From an uncultured candidate division Zixibacteria bacterium (GTDB lineage: Bacteria > Zixibacteria > MSB-5A5 > GN15 > FEB-12), in assembly GCA_963806185.1 (NCBI GenBank), contig CAWDXE010000005.1, positions 32,001 to 96,000 on the forward strand: DNA of 64,000 bases. The letters are read 5' to 3'. Below the pieces are notes generated by a model. The model worked only from the letters and a program-made list of their open reading frames with translations, did not search any database and had not been told where the DNA came from. Within the stretch, counting starts at the first letter, position 1. Every line of letters starts with the position of its first letter. This document shows, piece after piece, positions 63,439 to 64,000 of this stretch. A program made the translations under genes and the position numbers.

Positions 63439-64000
63439 ATGTTTATCGATTATGTGGAAATTGAAGTCTTCGCCGGGAACGGCGGGCCGGGCGCTATTTC
63501 GTTTCACACTGAGAAGTTCGTCCCCAAGGGGGGACCCGACGGCGGCGACGGCGGCAGAGGGGGCGATGTCATTGCGGTCGGCGACGCCAATCTCTCTACC
63601 CTGCTCGATTTCCGTTATCGCAAAACATACAAGGCCGAAAACGGAGTGCCCGGCGCCAGCGGCCTTCGCACGGGGCGGACCGGCGAAACAATTCGGCTCA
63701 AGGTACCGGTGGGGACGATCATCAAGGACCTGGACACCGGAGAACAGATTGCCGATCTCGATGAAGTCGGCGCCGAGGTAGTGTTGGCGGCGGGCGGCAA
63801 GGGGGGGCACGGGAACGCGTTCTACAAATCGCCGGTGAACCAGGCGCCGCGCAAGGCGCAGGACGGCATACCGGGGGGAACGCGAAAGTTGTCGCTGGAA
63901 TTAAAGCTGCTTGCCGATGTCGGCCTGGTGGGTCTTCCCAACGCGGGAAAGAGCACGATTCTGGCGACATTCTCGGCGGCGCGTCCGAAGATTGCCGACT
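63439..64000 (+). CDS. obgE: GTPase ObgE (partial, runs off the window)
   Basis: MFIDYVEI...GGPDGGDGGRGG...ELKLLADVGLVGLPNAGKST; absent from the supplied ORF track because there is no stop codon. Confidence 0.96.
   Translation, partial: MFIDYVEIEVFAGNGGPGAISFHTEKFVPKGGPDGGDGGRGGDVIAVGDANLSTLLDFRYRKTYKAENGVPGASGLRTGRTGETIRLKVPVGTIIKDLDTGEQIADLDEVGAEVVLAAGGKGGHGNAFYKSPVNQAPRKAQDGIPGGTRKLSLELKLLADVGLVGLPNAGKSTILATFSAARPKIAD

Overview
GC-rich bacterial chromosomal window. Three secreted proteins with C-terminal dockerin-type repeats and many beta-barrel-like hypotheticals suggest a diderm, Zixibacteria-like lineage (inference only). Housekeeping and metabolic genes: M50 protease, HD-GYP regulator, SbcC/Rad50-like ATPase, malic enzyme, groES-groEL with a perfect CIRCE but many single-base indels (probably assembly errors), coaX, a tmk-ctpA-TSUP-HAD-Man-1-P guanylyltransferase operon, ino1, csaA, nitroreductase, a PfkB kinase plus CDP-alcohol phosphatidyltransferase, and the 5' part of obgE. 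There is also a three-chemoreceptor cluster with CZB domains and sigma-28-like promoters. The accessory zone (about 15-33 kb) is saturated with several families of short palindromic REP-like repeats, and holds a RAYT transposase with its cognate REPs, a GIY-YIG nuclease and single cargo genes between mosaic repeats. The best candidate for an undescribed system is a two-gene operon at 20361-21188: a membrane-anchored CxxC redoxin plus a secreted precursor whose predicted 28-aa mature peptide has six Cys and two Trp. No rRNA, tRNA or CRISPR array was recognised. All calls come from motif reading; no database search was run.
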